Virus record (IMG/VR): IMGVR_UViG_3300047564_001181
Span: 1-64,000 of that record
Length of the DNA: 64,000 bases
Strand: one strand, 5' to 3'
DNA from: a virus
Below, piece after piece: positions 48,179 to 59,742 of the stretch (position 1 is the stretch's first letter; each line of letters starts with the position of its first letter). The notes beneath the pieces were generated by a model, which worked only from the letters and a program-made list of their open reading frames with translations, ran no database searches and was not told the DNA's origin. The position numbers and the translations under genes were made by a program.

Positions 48179-49206
48179 TATATTTTCCCTTCAATTTCTT
48201 TAAGTCTAGGTAGAGCGTACTTGGCAATAACATCTTCCCAATTCCACTCTTTGTGTATTTTGATTGCTTTTGTAGCAGATTCTTTAAACTCTTCTTCGTG
48301 GTTTTGATAAACCTCACGCATTAGTTTTTTAATAGAGTCTTTTCTAGCCATATAAACCTCGCCAAGATATGACTCTTTTAGGTATGATGGAATTCGTTCT
48401 GGAACTGGAACTAGGTCACTATCAATCTTATGTTTGATATCATCCTTGTACTCAGCCCATTCCCAAGTAGAGATTACTGGCATACCGCTTGCCATAGCTT
48501 CTAATGGCATCATTCCAAATCCTTCGCCCCATGATGGGTAAACTAGGCAGTGTGTATTGTGTAACATCTTAAGATAATCACTAAATGACAATGACTCTCT
48601 AATTGTAATAATATTCTTGTATAAAGTTTCTGGAGCAACTAAATTTCCATCTTTATCTGGAATTCTAATTGTGTGTCCCTGCGGATATGATTTAATCAGA
48701 AGTAGCACATCTTCGTTATCACCAAACTCTTCAATAAATGCTTCTACAGTTACTTGTCCACCTTTACGAATATAGGGTTCTCCTAAGTGTAGGAAAATAA
48801 ACTTTCCGTCCTGAAGTTTTCTTTTTGCAGGAATAAACTTTCCAGATACTCCATGCGGAACTACATAAACAGGATTGTTTACTTTAGCCCTATATACATC
48901 TGCAATCCAAGATGATGTTGCCCAAACCTCATCACCTTTATCTAAGCACTTAGCCCATCTCTCACAAAGCTCTGTAGTTTCATGTGCGGAGTACAAAACA
49001 TTGTAGGCATTTGCTAACAATATATGATGTTGAGGAACTGCAAATGAAATATTGATTACAGATTCTTGGCTTAATTTTTGAACATCGTATCCAGCTTCAT
49101 ACAGTTGATTGTATATACTATTACTTGCTGTAGCATAGCCACTATCATTAGTTGAATAGTCAGAGTACATGGTTGCACCAGTGACATTAATCTTTACTTT
49201 TTCCAT
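48178..49206 (-). CDS. Glycosyltransferase, GT4, paralogue of 2415..3359
   Basis: PHGV, RKG, YPSWGEGFGMMPLEAMASGMPVI. Confidence 0.9.
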   Translation of the reverse strand: MEKVKINVTGATMYSDYSTNDSGYATASNSIYNQLYEAGYDVQKLSQESVINISFAVPQHHILLANAYNVLYSAHETTELCERWAKCLDKGDEVWATSSWIADVYRAKVNNPVYVVPHGVSGKFIPAKRKLQDGKFIFLHLGEPYIRKGGQVTVEAFIEEFGDNEDVLLLIKSYPQGHTIRIPDKDGNLVAPETLYKNIITIRESLSFSDYLKMLHNTHCLVYPSWGEGFGMMPLEAMASGMPVISTWEWAEYKDDIKHKIDSDLVPVPERIPSYLKESYLGEVYMARKDSIKKLMREVYQNHEEEFKESATKAIKIHKEWNWEDVIAKYALPRLKEIEGKI

Positions 49207-49355
49207 GACCGTTGATTCCTAATCAATCCGTGCTTTTCGAGTGCTCTTTGGATAGTCATGTGACTAACACCAGCCTCTTCAGCCATCTCTTTGATGTTCT
49301 TTCTTTCGACTACATATCTTTTTTGTAGCCAAACTTTTGACTCATAAAGTTTCAC
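49194..49355 (-). CDS. Small HTH DNA-binding protein
   Basis: WL...Y...KEMAEEAGVS..TI.R.L. Confidence 0.7.
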   Translation of the reverse strand: MKLYESKVWLQKRYVVERKNIKEMAEEAGVSHMTIQRALEKHGLIRNQRSWKK

Positions 49356-49915
49356 TATTTTACCCTATTCTTATATACATAATAGGCAATACCACAAGCA
49401 TCTCCAACATCGTTATCATCAATATCAATATCATACTTCTTAAAGAAATCCATAGTCTTTTGCTTTCTAATATCTCTAATGCGAGCTTTAATAAAAGCTT
49501 CACCTTTCCCTGGATATTGAGACTTTACTTCTTCCTTCATTGCCTTTGTAAAGTTATTATTTCCAATATATGATTGCCATTGAATTGGAGTTATTGTAAC
49601 TACCTCTGTCTTCTTATCTAGTAGATTAGTAAGTAGAGCACCAACTACCATTGCAATCTTTAGACCTGCATCCGCAGATTTTACCATAATAGCCTGTTCG
49701 ATTGCAACATAATCGGGAGAAGTTATTTTTTTTAATGCTTTTGCTTTAGTTCCAGCATCTTTAATCTTGTCATAAATAGTCATTCCAACAACTGGAAGCT
49801 TACCTATTTTAGTAATCTTTCCATCTTCAATCAGACAAAATGCTACTGATGCTGTTGAAGCGTCAATTCCTAGAACTCTTTTTGCGTTTGTTCTTTTCAA
49901 TTCCGCTAATGACAT
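49355..49915 (-). CDS. RuvC-like resolvase
   Basis: VLGID, VAIE, D..DA..IA. Confidence 0.8.
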   Translation of the reverse strand: MSLAELKRTNAKRVLGIDASTASVAFCLIEDGKITKIGKLPVVGMTIYDKIKDAGTKAKALKKITSPDYVAIEQAIMVKSADAGLKIAMVVGALLTNLLDKKTEVVTITPIQWQSYIGNNNFTKAMKEEVKSQYPGKGEAFIKARIRDIRKQKTMDFFKKYDIDIDDNDVGDACGIAYYVYKNRVK

Positions 49916-50176
49916 TTCTTATATCTCCAATTACTTTTACTGTATCATTTTTTGTATTCTTTGATTCACACCAAGCACAAACCTCTGACGGGTTATGTTT
50001 GCTTAAAATGGTATCGCATTGAATGCATACCCTGTGTTTACCAGCAAGTCTTTCTCTTTTTTCATAGTACTTCTGCATAATCCTTTTATTAGTTGCAACC
50101 CTGCAACATTGATTAGAGCAATACTTTTGATTATGAGTTTTAAACTCAAATTCTTTTCCACACTCTGCACAGATTT

Positions 50177-50965
50177 TCATAGCTTCCTGACCTGTAGTGG
50201 TTCAATCTTGGTACGACCATCTGGAGCCTCCTGACACGCATCAAAAATAGGACAGTACTTACATTGGTAAGAACTCTTTGTATATCCACGCTTTACATTT
50301 TTCTTTTCTTCCCAAGCCTGACGAACTTCACGCATCCAGTCAAAGATGTAGTCTGCATATTCTTGATTGTCTTCTGTCATAAGAATTGGGAATGTAGAAA
50401 TCTCATGTGTGTTTTTATTTTCATAAAGGAAGAAGCCTTCTTGTGCTCCTGTACCCTTCATATAAATAAGAATTTGAACTAGATGTGACTCGGATGGTGT
50501 CTGTGTCATTTTACGAATGTCGTACTGTTCAGACTTAATGGTTTTAATTTCGCCAATGATTTCTTCTCCGTCAACATCCATTACGACATCGATAAAGCCA
50601 CGAATAGGTGGGTCAGAAAGTTTTAATTCTCTTTCTACCTCTTTAACTGTAGCAACCTGAGTTACTTTCTTTAAAGCTTTTTGAATGCGGTCATGGCTTG
50701 CTGTGCCATTTTCCATAGCAGCCATACCCTCTGCGGTGAATGAGTCTTTCATCACTACACCATTAAATGCAAATTGCCAATATCTAGGGCAAGTTCCAAA
50801 ACCATATCCTACTGTAGATGGTGAAAATGAATATTTGGTTTGAACACCATCTCTTTGCTTTCCTTCTAGACTTGCTACCTTTAATTCTTTTTGTAGCTTC
50901 TTATGGTCTATCTTTGTTTCTCTCTTGCGATTCTTTAACGCACTAATATGGTTAGTTGGTGACAT
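50177..50965 (-). CDS. Cas4-like PD-(D/E)XK exonuclease
   Basis: CPR, G...H, G.ID, EIKT, Q..IY, CKYC.....C. Confidence 0.8.
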   Translation of the reverse strand: MSPTNHISALKNRKRETKIDHKKLQKELKVASLEGKQRDGVQTKYSFSPSTVGYGFGTCPRYWQFAFNGVVMKDSFTAEGMAAMENGTASHDRIQKALKKVTQVATVKEVERELKLSDPPIRGFIDVVMDVDGEEIIGEIKTIKSEQYDIRKMTQTPSESHLVQILIYMKGTGAQEGFFLYENKNTHEISTFPILMTEDNQEYADYIFDWMREVRQAWEEKKNVKRGYTKSSYQCKYCPIFDACQEAPDGRTKIEPLQVRKL

Positions 50966-51283
50966 TTCTTCTCCTAGTAAATCTTTGTCGTGTATTTCAA
51001 TGCTCCTACAAGCTTGTCTATTGTATCAGACATTGTGTAGTAAACATTCTTTTTGGTATGATTTACCGACCCACTTGGACCTTTAGCCACTGTAGTATAC
51101 CAAGTCGCTAGAATCTGGAACTTAGCAGACATAGCCTGAAGCTTTGTAATTAATGCAATCGCTTGCATTGCTGGCACATCTGGCTTTACGAGTAATTTTA
51201 CAATAATACCCAACGCCTCATCTAAATCCTCATCCTTCATAAACTCATGAAGGTCATTAAACTCTGTAATCTTATTAATCTGG

Positions 51284-51589
51284 TCAAGAGTTGTTTCCAT
51301 TTGCTCTCCTTACTAAATCCTCTAACATAGCCCACTCAATTACGGCTAATCTTGTTTTATATTTGTCTCCCAATACAACCATAAGTGCTGGAGACTTTTC
51401 TTTATCTGTTCTAAGGGCATCGGTTACAATCTTTGCCCAATTGTCTTGTGATATAGAATATGACTTTTCATACTCTTTAATATCTATTACAAACTCTTCC
51501 CAGCTTGCATCACCCTTTTGGTACTGTCCACGCCCAGAGTTCTTATGTGCCTTAGCACCAATCTTTTTAATCTCTCCACGCTCACTCAT
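51284..51589 (-). CDS. Holliday-junction-resolvase-like nuclease
   Basis: NSG...KGD...IDIK. Confidence 0.6.
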   Translation of the reverse strand: MSERGEIKKIGAKAHKNSGRGQYQKGDASWEEFVIDIKEYEKSYSISQDNWAKIVTDALRTDKEKSPALMVVLGDKYKTRLAVIEWAMLEDLVRRANGNNS

Positions 51590-51770
51590 AACTTTCCTTC
51601 CGATTGATGATTGCTGCTGCACTTCCAAATAAGTTTTCTTTTTTCTTCATTTAATCTAGCAGACTTTACAGTTTCAGAGCATTCCTGACACATGAATGTT
51701 CCAGAGATTTCAATATACTCCTCAACATCCTCTTCTGTATTTTCTTTATTAAGAAAATCTTTAGGGTTTA

Positions 51771-52778
51771 TCATACCTTTTCGTATACCAAAATCTTTAG
51801 TTTGTCAAACATTTCTTTGTTTTCACGAACCATATCTACTACCTTAGCACGACCCTGAACACGCTCTCCTAGAACTGTGTACCAAGCTCCACCTCGTTCG
51901 ATTACACCCATCATTTCAGCTGTATCTACTAGGTCTGCAACCTCGTCTACACCAACATGCTCACCCTGGAAGTAGAAGTCGTACGAGCCTGTAATAAATT
52001 GTGGACCAGTCTTGTTATAGTCAATTGTCCAGTTTACAGGACGACCAACCTTTTGCTCAATTAACTTATCACCGACTGCAACTTTATCCTTGATAGAGTT
52101 TGCCTCAGCTTCTGATGACCAGAGCTTTACAATTGTTGAGCTAAAGAACTTAACAGCCATACCACCTGTTGGGATATGAGTAGCATGCATAGAGCCAAAC
52201 TGGTTACGCTGCTGTGAGATAAGAACCAACAATGTATTCTTATTTGCATAGTTAAGCATCTTAACTGCGTGAGTCATATCTTTTGCTTCTGCACCAATCT
52301 GCTTTGTGTCTTGAAGGTGCTTTAGTTCTTCTCCATCTTTTTCAAAATAGATTGCGGGTAGCAATGCTGAGATTGAGTCAACTACTATTAAGTCGACTCC
52401 TGCGTTCATAAGTTGAACACCAATATCAACCATGTCGTTGATAGTCTTAACTGGAGAATAGATTAGCTTAGATGAATCTACACCTAGTTTTTCTGCCCAC
52501 TCCTGTGAGTAAGACTGCTCAGCGTCAATCCAAGCACATACCTTACCTAACTTCTGTGCCTCAGCAATCATCTGAAGACAGAAGGATGACTTACCTGCTG
52601 ATTTATTTCCCCAGATAAGAACCTGTCGCCCATAGGCGAATCCACCTTTTAGTCCAACATTTAGACTAAGGCTTGGCGTTGCCTGTTTTTCGATTTCGAC
52701 CTCTGTTGCCGACTGAACCCTTTGTCTTGTCTTTGGGTCTAGTCTGGACAGGATGTCCTCTATAGTTATCTCGCTCAT
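51771..52778 (-). CDS. recA: RecA-like recombinase
   Basis: GNKSAGKS, IDAE, VVDSI, PTGG. Confidence 0.9.
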   Translation of the reverse strand: MSEITIEDILSRLDPKTRQRVQSATEVEIEKQATPSLSLNVGLKGGFAYGRQVLIWGNKSAGKSSFCLQMIAEAQKLGKVCAWIDAEQSYSQEWAEKLGVDSSKLIYSPVKTINDMVDIGVQLMNAGVDLIVVDSISALLPAIYFEKDGEELKHLQDTKQIGAEAKDMTHAVKMLNYANKNTLLVLISQQRNQFGSMHATHIPTGGMAVKFFSSTIVKLWSSEAEANSIKDKVAVGDKLIEQKVGRPVNWTIDYNKTGPQFITGSYDFYFQGEHVGVDEVADLVDTAEMMGVIERGGAWYTVLGERVQGRAKVVDMVRENKEMFDKLKILVYEKV

Positions 52779-52933
52779 AAAAGTGATTCTCCAATATTTC
52801 TGCTAATTGCCGTATGTCATCATTTCTCATTGATGAAAGTTTTTTAATTATTGAGAAGATTAAATCTTCATCGTGGCTCTTGATTACCATTAGGTATTCT
52901 CCCTCTGAGCCTTCTAGGAAATACCCAGAGATA

Positions 52934-53278
52934 TTATCCTTTGACACCATGGAGATATGGTCTTTCTCTATTCTTGTTTATCTTTTCTACAAAGACTTCC
53001 TCAAGAGAAGATGTAGTTACTCCATTTGCATCGAGTCCAGCCCATAGGTCAAGAACACGGACAAGAATGTCTGCTAGTTCTTCAACTACTTCTCTTTCTC
53101 CCTTGTCCTTGCGAAGTGCTTCTAATACCTCTGTGGCTTCTGAGTGAATCATTGCAATTTGCTTTGCATAAAATACAAAGGCATCCTGCTCTTGAATTCT
53201 TTTAGTTGGTTCCCAAAAACCTTTATCTTGTGCTGTTCTGTGTAAATCTTTTGCGAGTAAGTCAAAACTTACATTCAT
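52934..53278 (-). CDS. MazG-like nucleotide pyrophosphohydrolase
   Basis: HSE..E.LEA.RK...EELAD. Confidence 0.8.
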   Translation of the reverse strand: MNVSFDLLAKDLHRTAQDKGFWEPTKRIQEQDAFVFYAKQIAMIHSEATEVLEALRKDKGEREVVEELADILVRVLDLWAGLDANGVTTSSLEEVFVEKINKNRERPYLHGVKG

Positions 53279-56200
53279 CGTACAAACTCCTTAATTGTTA
53301 GTGTTCCAGTTCTAGTTTCTTGCAATACTGGCTTACAGCGAGTTCCTGGCTTGGCATTTACCAAAGCATTTGAATACATACCAGAGAACACAGTAGTTGC
53401 AAATAATTCTTTATCATTATTAGCGAAGATGATATTTCCCATCTTATCGCCTTTCTTTGTTTTTCTACCAGAGAATGATACCACATACATTTCATCATCG
53501 ATTAAATTAAGATTCTTCGCTGCAAGGAACTTGGTAAACGGAGTATCCGCTTTCTTAATTTCATCTGTGGTTGCATACTCTGCAATTCTATTATCTCCTA
53601 CTAGAATAAGATACTGCTTACCTGTTTCAATTTCAGTATCTTGCTTATCAAAGACACCGACAGCACCAGTCTTATCTACTAGCTCAACACGAGACCATCC
53701 ATCTCCACGCTTAATTGACTTAACCATAGCCATAACTAAGAATGAACCTATTTCTTCATATTCTTCTAATGGCTTAATAAAGGCTTCCATCCATCTAGGC
53801 AAATCATTAACAAACTCTGGAATGTTTAACATCTCATAGTAGTTCTCCGACTCTTTTCCTGTTCGCTGATTATCATCAAACGCTGCACCACCAATCTTAT
53901 TTAGTGATTCAACTGCACGAGCATTGATGCCAGAACCCTTCTCACGAGTTACCTTACGGAAGTGTTCATATGAAATATATGGTCTACGCTTAATAATTGC
54001 ATTAGCAATGTTTTCAGAAATATACTTAACATTTCCAAGACCAAATCTAATAGCATCACCTTCAAGAGTGAAGTCAATTCCGCCTTCATTAATGTGTGGC
54101 AAGCGAATCTTGATACCCATACGCTTTGCTTCGATTAGATATTCTGTACGAGTATCTTTATCTTTTTCGTTGCGTAAAAGAGAGTACATAAACTCTACAG
54201 GATAGTAACGCTTGAGCCAAGCGGTCCAGTAAGAAAGCATAGAGTAAGCAACTGCATGTGACTTATTAAATGAATAACCTGCGTGTGCTTCGAAGTCGTG
54301 CCAGAGCTTTTGAGCATCGTGAGCATCGATATGCTTACTTGCACCCTTGATGAACTCATCCTTGTACTTATCAAATTCACGAGCATCTTTTTTCTTACCA
54401 ATAATCTTACGAACTTTATCTGCTTCTGCCATTGTCATTCCACCTAGCTTTACGCAAGCGAGCATAACTTGTTCTTGATACAGAATACATCCATAAGTAT
54501 CTTTAGTAAACTCTTCAACAATTGGGTGAACATAGTTAACCTTTTGCTTACCCTTTTTACGCTTAATATAATCAGCACCAATGGTATTCATAGCACCAGG
54601 TCGAACAAGGGCGTTAGAGGCTGCCAATTCGTTAAAGTTGCTTACCCCCATCTTTATCAGCAGGTTAGTGTACGGCACTGTTTCCGCTTGGAATACACCC
54701 TTTGTGTGTCCAGCCGTTAGGTCTAGATACACCTCTGGGTCGGCTAAATCCAATTCTGAGAGGTCAATCTCCTTGTTGTGGCGTAATTTAATGCTGTCCA
54801 GAGTGTCGTGGATTACAGCAAGGGTTTTAAGCCCTAGAGCATCAATCTTAATGAGACCAATCTCTGCAGCCTTTTCCATATCTACAGCCACTACAGGAAT
54901 ACGGTCATCCCCTTGGGTATCCTTACGAGTCTCCATTGGGGCAAACTTGTAAATGTCATCCTTAGCAGTTACGATACCTGCGGCATGCATACCAGTGCCA
55001 CGAATACGACCACGAAGGCGGTCTGCATAGAAAACAATCTCTGGATACTTCTGCCTAAATTCTGCCGTATTTTTACTTGTAATAAAGTCTTCCCAAGTCT
55101 CAACTTGCTTGAGTGCTTTGTTTACTTCTGATAATGGAACATGGAACGCACGAGCAACATCTCGAACAACACCTTTGTCCTTGAATGTAAGAAATGTAGC
55201 AATTGAGGCAACATGTCCATACTTGCTAGTTAAATATTCTTTAACCTCACTTCTTCGGCGGTCTTCATAGTCTGTATCAATATCGGGAAAGTCGTTACGC
55301 TCAGGGTTAATGAATCGGAAGAATAGTAATCCATATTTAATTGGGTCTACTTCTGTAATTCCCAACGCATAACAAACCAAAGAGCCAGCAGCAGAACCAC
55401 GACCAGGACCAACAAGAATTTGATTACTCTTAGACCAGTTAATCATGTCTGCAACAACAAGGAAGTATGAACTAAAGTTTTTGTCTTTAATAATTTCTAA
55501 CTCATCATACAGACGCTTTTTGTATTCTTCATTTACTGCCAGACCTTTTCTTACAAGCCCAGAGTATGCGAGTTTTTCCAGCTCTGCATGTGGGTCGCTA
55601 TATTGGGCTGGTAGAAGGTCTAGGTCTTTCTTTTCTGTGTACGAGCCAATCTTGTCACTAATTGCAACAGAGTTTTCGTATAGGTCTGGTCTATCAATTC
55701 CCTGCTCCTCCATTTTGGATTTAACATCATTGATACCAGAAAGATAAATATCTAGTTCTGAGAACGACATCTGACGGTCTCCATATAGGTAGTCGAGCCT
55801 CTGCATAACATCTTTAATCTTGGTGCTTCCATCGTAAGTTGCTTCCTTACGAATGTTTGGGTGTGTACCCAAGATAAGCATGATTTCTTCTGCTACTCTA
55901 TCCTTTGGGTCTGCGTAGTGGCAGTCAAGAGTTACTGTGCTCTTTACACCCATCTCATCTGCTAACTTAAGCAATGAGTGATTAAGCTCGGCAGGATTGT
56001 GTGGCTGAAGTTCCATATAGAAGTCATCGCCAAAAACTTGTTTAAACCAATCGGTATACGATTTAGCAGCAGACATATTGCCATTCTCAATAGCCTTTGC
56101 AATAATACCGTTCATACATCCAGATAGCACAACAAGACCACTTGAGTGCTTTTCTAGGATATCAAAGTCCATACGAGGCTTCATGAAGAATCCATCGTTC

Positions 56201-56535
56201 CAAGCACTTTCCGACAACTTGCCAAGGTTTTCTAGCCCCTTATCGTCTTTTGCAAGAACAATTAAGTGGTTATAAATTTGGTCTTCTGCTTGTCGGTCTT
56301 TCTTTGCTCGCTTATCAAATCTATCATTTGTAAAGTATGCCTCAATACCGAGGATTGGCTTTACTCCTGTTTCTTTTGCTGCAGCAAGCATATCCATATG
56401 ACCAGATAGAGTTCCGTGGTCGGTAATAGACAACGCAGTCATATCTAGCTCTTTTGCTCGTTGCATTAACTCTAGTGGCGATGAAAAGCCATCTAGTAAA
56501 CTGTAATAAGAATGTGAATGGTGGTTATGAAACAT
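53275..56535 (-). CDS. dnaE: DNA polymerase III alpha subunit
   Basis: PHP motifs HSYYSLLDG/TDHG; GRGSAAGS; PDIDTD; YSFNKSHA. Confidence 0.97.
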   Translation of the reverse strand: MFHNHHSHSYYSLLDGFSSPLELMQRAKELDMTALSITDHGTLSGHMDMLAAAKETGVKPILGIEAYFTNDRFDKRAKKDRQAEDQIYNHLIVLAKDDKGLENLGKLSESAWNDGFFMKPRMDFDILEKHSSGLVVLSGCMNGIIAKAIENGNMSAAKSYTDWFKQVFGDDFYMELQPHNPAELNHSLLKLADEMGVKSTVTLDCHYADPKDRVAEEIMLILGTHPNIRKEATYDGSTKIKDVMQRLDYLYGDRQMSFSELDIYLSGINDVKSKMEEQGIDRPDLYENSVAISDKIGSYTEKKDLDLLPAQYSDPHAELEKLAYSGLVRKGLAVNEEYKKRLYDELEIIKDKNFSSYFLVVADMINWSKSNQILVGPGRGSAAGSLVCYALGITEVDPIKYGLLFFRFINPERNDFPDIDTDYEDRRRSEVKEYLTSKYGHVASIATFLTFKDKGVVRDVARAFHVPLSEVNKALKQVETWEDFITSKNTAEFRQKYPEIVFYADRLRGRIRGTGMHAAGIVTAKDDIYKFAPMETRKDTQGDDRIPVVAVDMEKAAEIGLIKIDALGLKTLAVIHDTLDSIKLRHNKEIDLSELDLADPEVYLDLTAGHTKGVFQAETVPYTNLLIKMGVSNFNELAASNALVRPGAMNTIGADYIKRKKGKQKVNYVHPIVEEFTKDTYGCILYQEQVMLACVKLGGMTMAEADKVRKIIGKKKDAREFDKYKDEFIKGASKHIDAHDAQKLWHDFEAHAGYSFNKSHAVAYSMLSYWTAWLKRYYPVEFMYSLLRNEKDKDTRTEYLIEAKRMGIKIRLPHINEGGIDFTLEGDAIRFGLGNVKYISENIANAIIKRRPYISYEHFRKVTREKGSGINARAVESLNKIGGAAFDDNQRTGKESENYYEMLNIPEFVNDLPRWMEAFIKPLEEYEEIGSFLVMAMVKSIKRGDGWSRVELVDKTGAVGVFDKQDTEIETGKQYLILVGDNRIAEYATTDEIKKADTPFTKFLAAKNLNLIDDEMYVVSFSGRKTKKGDKMGNIIFANNDKELFATTVFSGMYSNALVNAKPGTRCKPVLQETRTGTLTIKEFVR

Positions 56536-56596
56536 TTTTCTCCAATAATATGTAAGGACAGTAGGAATTATATCCTACTGCCCCTACCTTTGTCAA

Positions 56597-57247
56597 TTAC
56601 CAATCCAAAGAAGTTGAGGCAGAGGAATCGACATCTAGACCCATGTAAAAATTCTCTTGGTCTGTGTATGCAACCTGACGAGTAGCAACCTTCATCAAAT
56701 CAAATGGTTCAACACCACTGAAGTCGAAAGCGTTTTCATCAATAGCACCTGGAATCAAAACATAGTTTGTTTGTGTTCCAGTTCCATTACGGCGAAGTGA
56801 CCAAACAAGATTGGTAATAGAACCAGTCTCATCATCGTAGTCACTGATAGTGTTTGTTGTAGTTGACTTTGGACCAACTCCCTGTGACCAGATTGCCACA
56901 TAATTTTCTTCATTGTCATATACATAGACATTGGTGTAGAAACGGAGCTTAGCCTTCCAGCCAGCCTTTGGGTCTTTACGATTTTGTTCGCAGCCATAGC
57001 AACGACCTTCATCATCCATAGAGCACAATGCTTTACGGCGATAATCTTTAGGGTTGGTATGTTCTGCAACTACGATAGCCTGACCTAGCTTCTCGTTATA
57101 GTTCTTTGAATCGGCACTAAGTTCGTTTACAAAACGAAGTTTGACCTTTTGTCCATCGTCTAGTTTTAGCCAACGACCTTTTGGACCTTCTGATGCTCTA
57201 GCATCAATTTCATTTTTTGCTTGCTTAAGCGATTTGACAATTGCCAT
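56597..57247 (-). CDS. Single-stranded DNA-binding protein (gp32-like)
   Basis: W.KL.DG...LRF, H/C Zn motif, acidic tail ending DW; position in the replication module. Confidence 0.65.
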   Translation of the reverse strand: MAIVKSLKQAKNEIDARASEGPKGRWLKLDDGQKVKLRFVNELSADSKNYNEKLGQAIVVAEHTNPKDYRRKALCSMDDEGRCYGCEQNRKDPKAGWKAKLRFYTNVYVYDNEENYVAIWSQGVGPKSTTTNTISDYDDETGSITNLVWSLRRNGTGTQTNYVLIPGAIDENAFDFSGVEPFDLMKVATRQVAYTDQENFYMGLDVDSSASTSLDW

Positions 57248-57304
57248 TATATTTCTTCTTTCTAAATAGTTGAACCTATAGGTGGTTCGTGTAGGATAAG
57301 TATA

Positions 57305-58255
57305 TCAGAGTTGGAACAATAAGTCAAGTGTTTTATTGTCCATAGCATCAAGGATTTCTTGCTTGGTCATGTCCCCAATGTCTTTCTTGCCTTCTGGAAT
57401 ATTAATTAAACTAATATCTCTAGACTTAATGTTGTCCATAATTTTCTTTACGAAGGTCTGCCCAGCATCATCGGAATCTGGGGCAAGGATAATTTTAGTT
57501 GCATACTTTTCAAGTAACTTAATCTGCTCTCTGCTTACATTAGCACCTAAAGTTGCAACAGCATTTAAGCCCATTTGATGTAACTTAATTGCATCGAATG
57601 ATGATTCTACAACTATAATCTCTTCAAACTTGCATCTGTTGAGATTAAACAAAACTTTAGAGCGTGGCATATTAGTAGAGTTTTTAAATGATTTGCCTTC
57701 CACAGAACGAGCAACAAATCCAACATACATTCCGTTATCTGCCTGAACAGGAACAGTAACCATATCTTGATTTGTAGAATATCCAAGTTTAAATGTTTCT
57801 ACAGACTCCGCAGTAATTCCACGACCTTGCCAATACTCTTTTGCTCTTTCAGAAGATGTACATTCGCTGTGTAATTTTTTAATTAACTCTATATCGAATG
57901 GTTCTATCTCTTTGCTATTACTAATAGTATTAACAATTTGGTCGGTAAAGTTTATTTCTTTTGCAGCATTACTAATAATTCTGCTTGCTTCAAAGTATGA
58001 ACGCTTTGTTGTTTTCATCACAAAGTCCAATAGAGTGCCATTCTCCTGACATGAAAAACAAATAAAGAGTCCTTTCTCTTTATCTACTTCACAGGCTGGG
58101 GTATTTCTATTATTGTGAAATGGGCAGAAAATTAGGAAGTGGCTGTCTAGCTCTGACCCGATTGTGATGCCACACTGGGCGAGGATTTCTTTGACTTGCC
58201 CTGCTGAGTAGGACTCATTAGTATCAGCTTTGTTCCAATTACGGCTTGATAACAT
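57305..58255 (-). CDS. dnaG: DNA primase
   Basis: CPFH...C..C zinc finger; TOPRIM VVES.FD and D.D.AG. Confidence 0.9.
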   Translation of the reverse strand: MLSSRNWNKADTNESYSAGQVKEILAQCGITIGSELDSHFLIFCPFHNNRNTPACEVDKEKGLFICFSCQENGTLLDFVMKTTKRSYFEASRIISNAAKEINFTDQIVNTISNSKEIEPFDIELIKKLHSECTSSERAKEYWQGRGITAESVETFKLGYSTNQDMVTVPVQADNGMYVGFVARSVEGKSFKNSTNMPRSKVLFNLNRCKFEEIIVVESSFDAIKLHQMGLNAVATLGANVSREQIKLLEKYATKIILAPDSDDAGQTFVKKIMDNIKSRDISLINIPEGKKDIGDMTKQEILDAMDNKTLDLLFQL

Positions 58256-58518
58256 CTTGATTTTGCCTTTCCAACATATATTCCATATCTTGTGTACTTA
58301 AAATTATATCCGTGAGTAGTATACTCTATTGTAAAGATTGGGTCAAGGTCGTAGTGTGGAATATATCCTTTATTTCGCATATATTCTTCTGCAATCTGTT
58401 CATATCTCTCTCTGAGACGGATAATGTCTTTATCGTCATTAATCACACCAGAGAAGTCGAAGTTGTGAATCTTCTTATGAATAGCGTATTCCACATATTC
58501 ATTATACCCCAAATCTGA

Positions 58519-59742
58519 CTAGAAATTAGGGTCTGAAATCTCTTGAAATTGACCTTTATCAAAGTCTGCAAACATTACGAAGTCACCTAAAAACCCATGG
58601 CGATTCTTACGAAATGCACACTCTAGAGCATCCGTATTTTGCTTACGACCAAGTGCTAATACCCAGTCAGCATCGTACGCAATCTGACGAGACCATGCTA
58701 CCTGTCCCAATTGTGGAACAGATTCTAAGTCTGTGGCATCATCTGGCGTAGCAGATGCAATTGCAATAACTGGAATTTGCTCTGCAATAGCCAATAACTT
58801 TAGCTCACGAGATAGGTTCTTAATCTTTACTGTCTCATTTGCATTTGTATTAGAGTTGTCAGTCATCAACTGTAGGTAGTCAATAATAACTAGGTCTGGT
58901 TTATATTGGTCAATCTTGGCTCTAATAACGCTTGGCGTTACTGCTCCTTCTCCATCACCAGAGATAATTTTGAATGGTGCTTTACCAACAACATTGTCTT
59001 CAGCCCATTCTTTAAAATCATTCTCATCTACTTTTCCAGAAGACATAACTCTATGACTAAACTTTCCATCGCCAATAACTGTAAAGATACGATTACGAAC
59101 TTCATTCTCAGTCATTTCAAGCGATAGAATCATTGGCACACGACCTGCTTTCCAAGCCTGTACTGCAAAATACAATGCAAGCCAAGATTTACCAATAGCA
59201 GGGTATGCAAGAAGGATACCTAGTTGTCCTTTGGAGATTCCCATTGGGAGGCAGACATCGAATGATGGGATATTGGTCCTGATTCCAATGTCCCCATTTT
59301 TAGCAGCCTCACGAGTCTTTTCAAAGTACGCCAGAGCATCATCAATGTCTGTAACTTCAACATCTCTCACCTTTGCTGTAATTCTAGACAGGTTAGATAC
59401 AGAGCCATTTACAAAATCAAGTGCTTTGCTTGTTTCTCCATTTTGCAGTAGCTCTGCAGACTGTCTAAGTGTTTTTCTAAGAGATTCATCCAGAAAGGCT
59501 TCTTTTAGTTTATTTACATGATAAACGGTAGGACCAACCTCTACTGAATCAAAATCTCTAAATCTAGTTTCAAGTAGTTCAGCGTTTGGGATTTGTTTTG
59601 TATCATTGTAGTATTCTTTAATAAAGTCCCAAATGTCACCACAAGTAGTCATCATTGGGTCTACACCATTCTCAAATAGAATGTGGATATCTTTATTTTT
59701 ACATACGGCAGAGATTACCTCTACTTCTTCCTTCATACTCAT
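58519..59742 (-). CDS. dnaB: DnaB-like replicative helicase
   Basis: AYPAIGKS, SLEM, IDYLQLM, DAD, KNRHG. Confidence 0.9.
   Translation of the reverse strand: MSMKEEVEVISAVCKNKDIHILFENGVDPMMTTCGDIWDFIKEYYNDTKQIPNAELLETRFRDFDSVEVGPTVYHVNKLKEAFLDESLRKTLRQSAELLQNGETSKALDFVNGSVSNLSRITAKVRDVEVTDIDDALAYFEKTREAAKNGDIGIRTNIPSFDVCLPMGISKGQLGILLAYPAIGKSWLALYFAVQAWKAGRVPMILSLEMTENEVRNRIFTVIGDGKFSHRVMSSGKVDENDFKEWAEDNVVGKAPFKIISGDGEGAVTPSVIRAKIDQYKPDLVIIDYLQLMTDNSNTNANETVKIKNLSRELKLLAIAEQIPVIAIASATPDDATDLESVPQLGQVAWSRQIAYDADWVLALGRKQNTDALECAFRKNRHGFLGDFVMFADFDKGQFQEISDPNF

Noticed and set aside
53275-56535. Intein or intron in dnaE, dnaB, recA or terL
   Set aside because: Lengths are normal, ORFs are continuous and no splice motifs were seen
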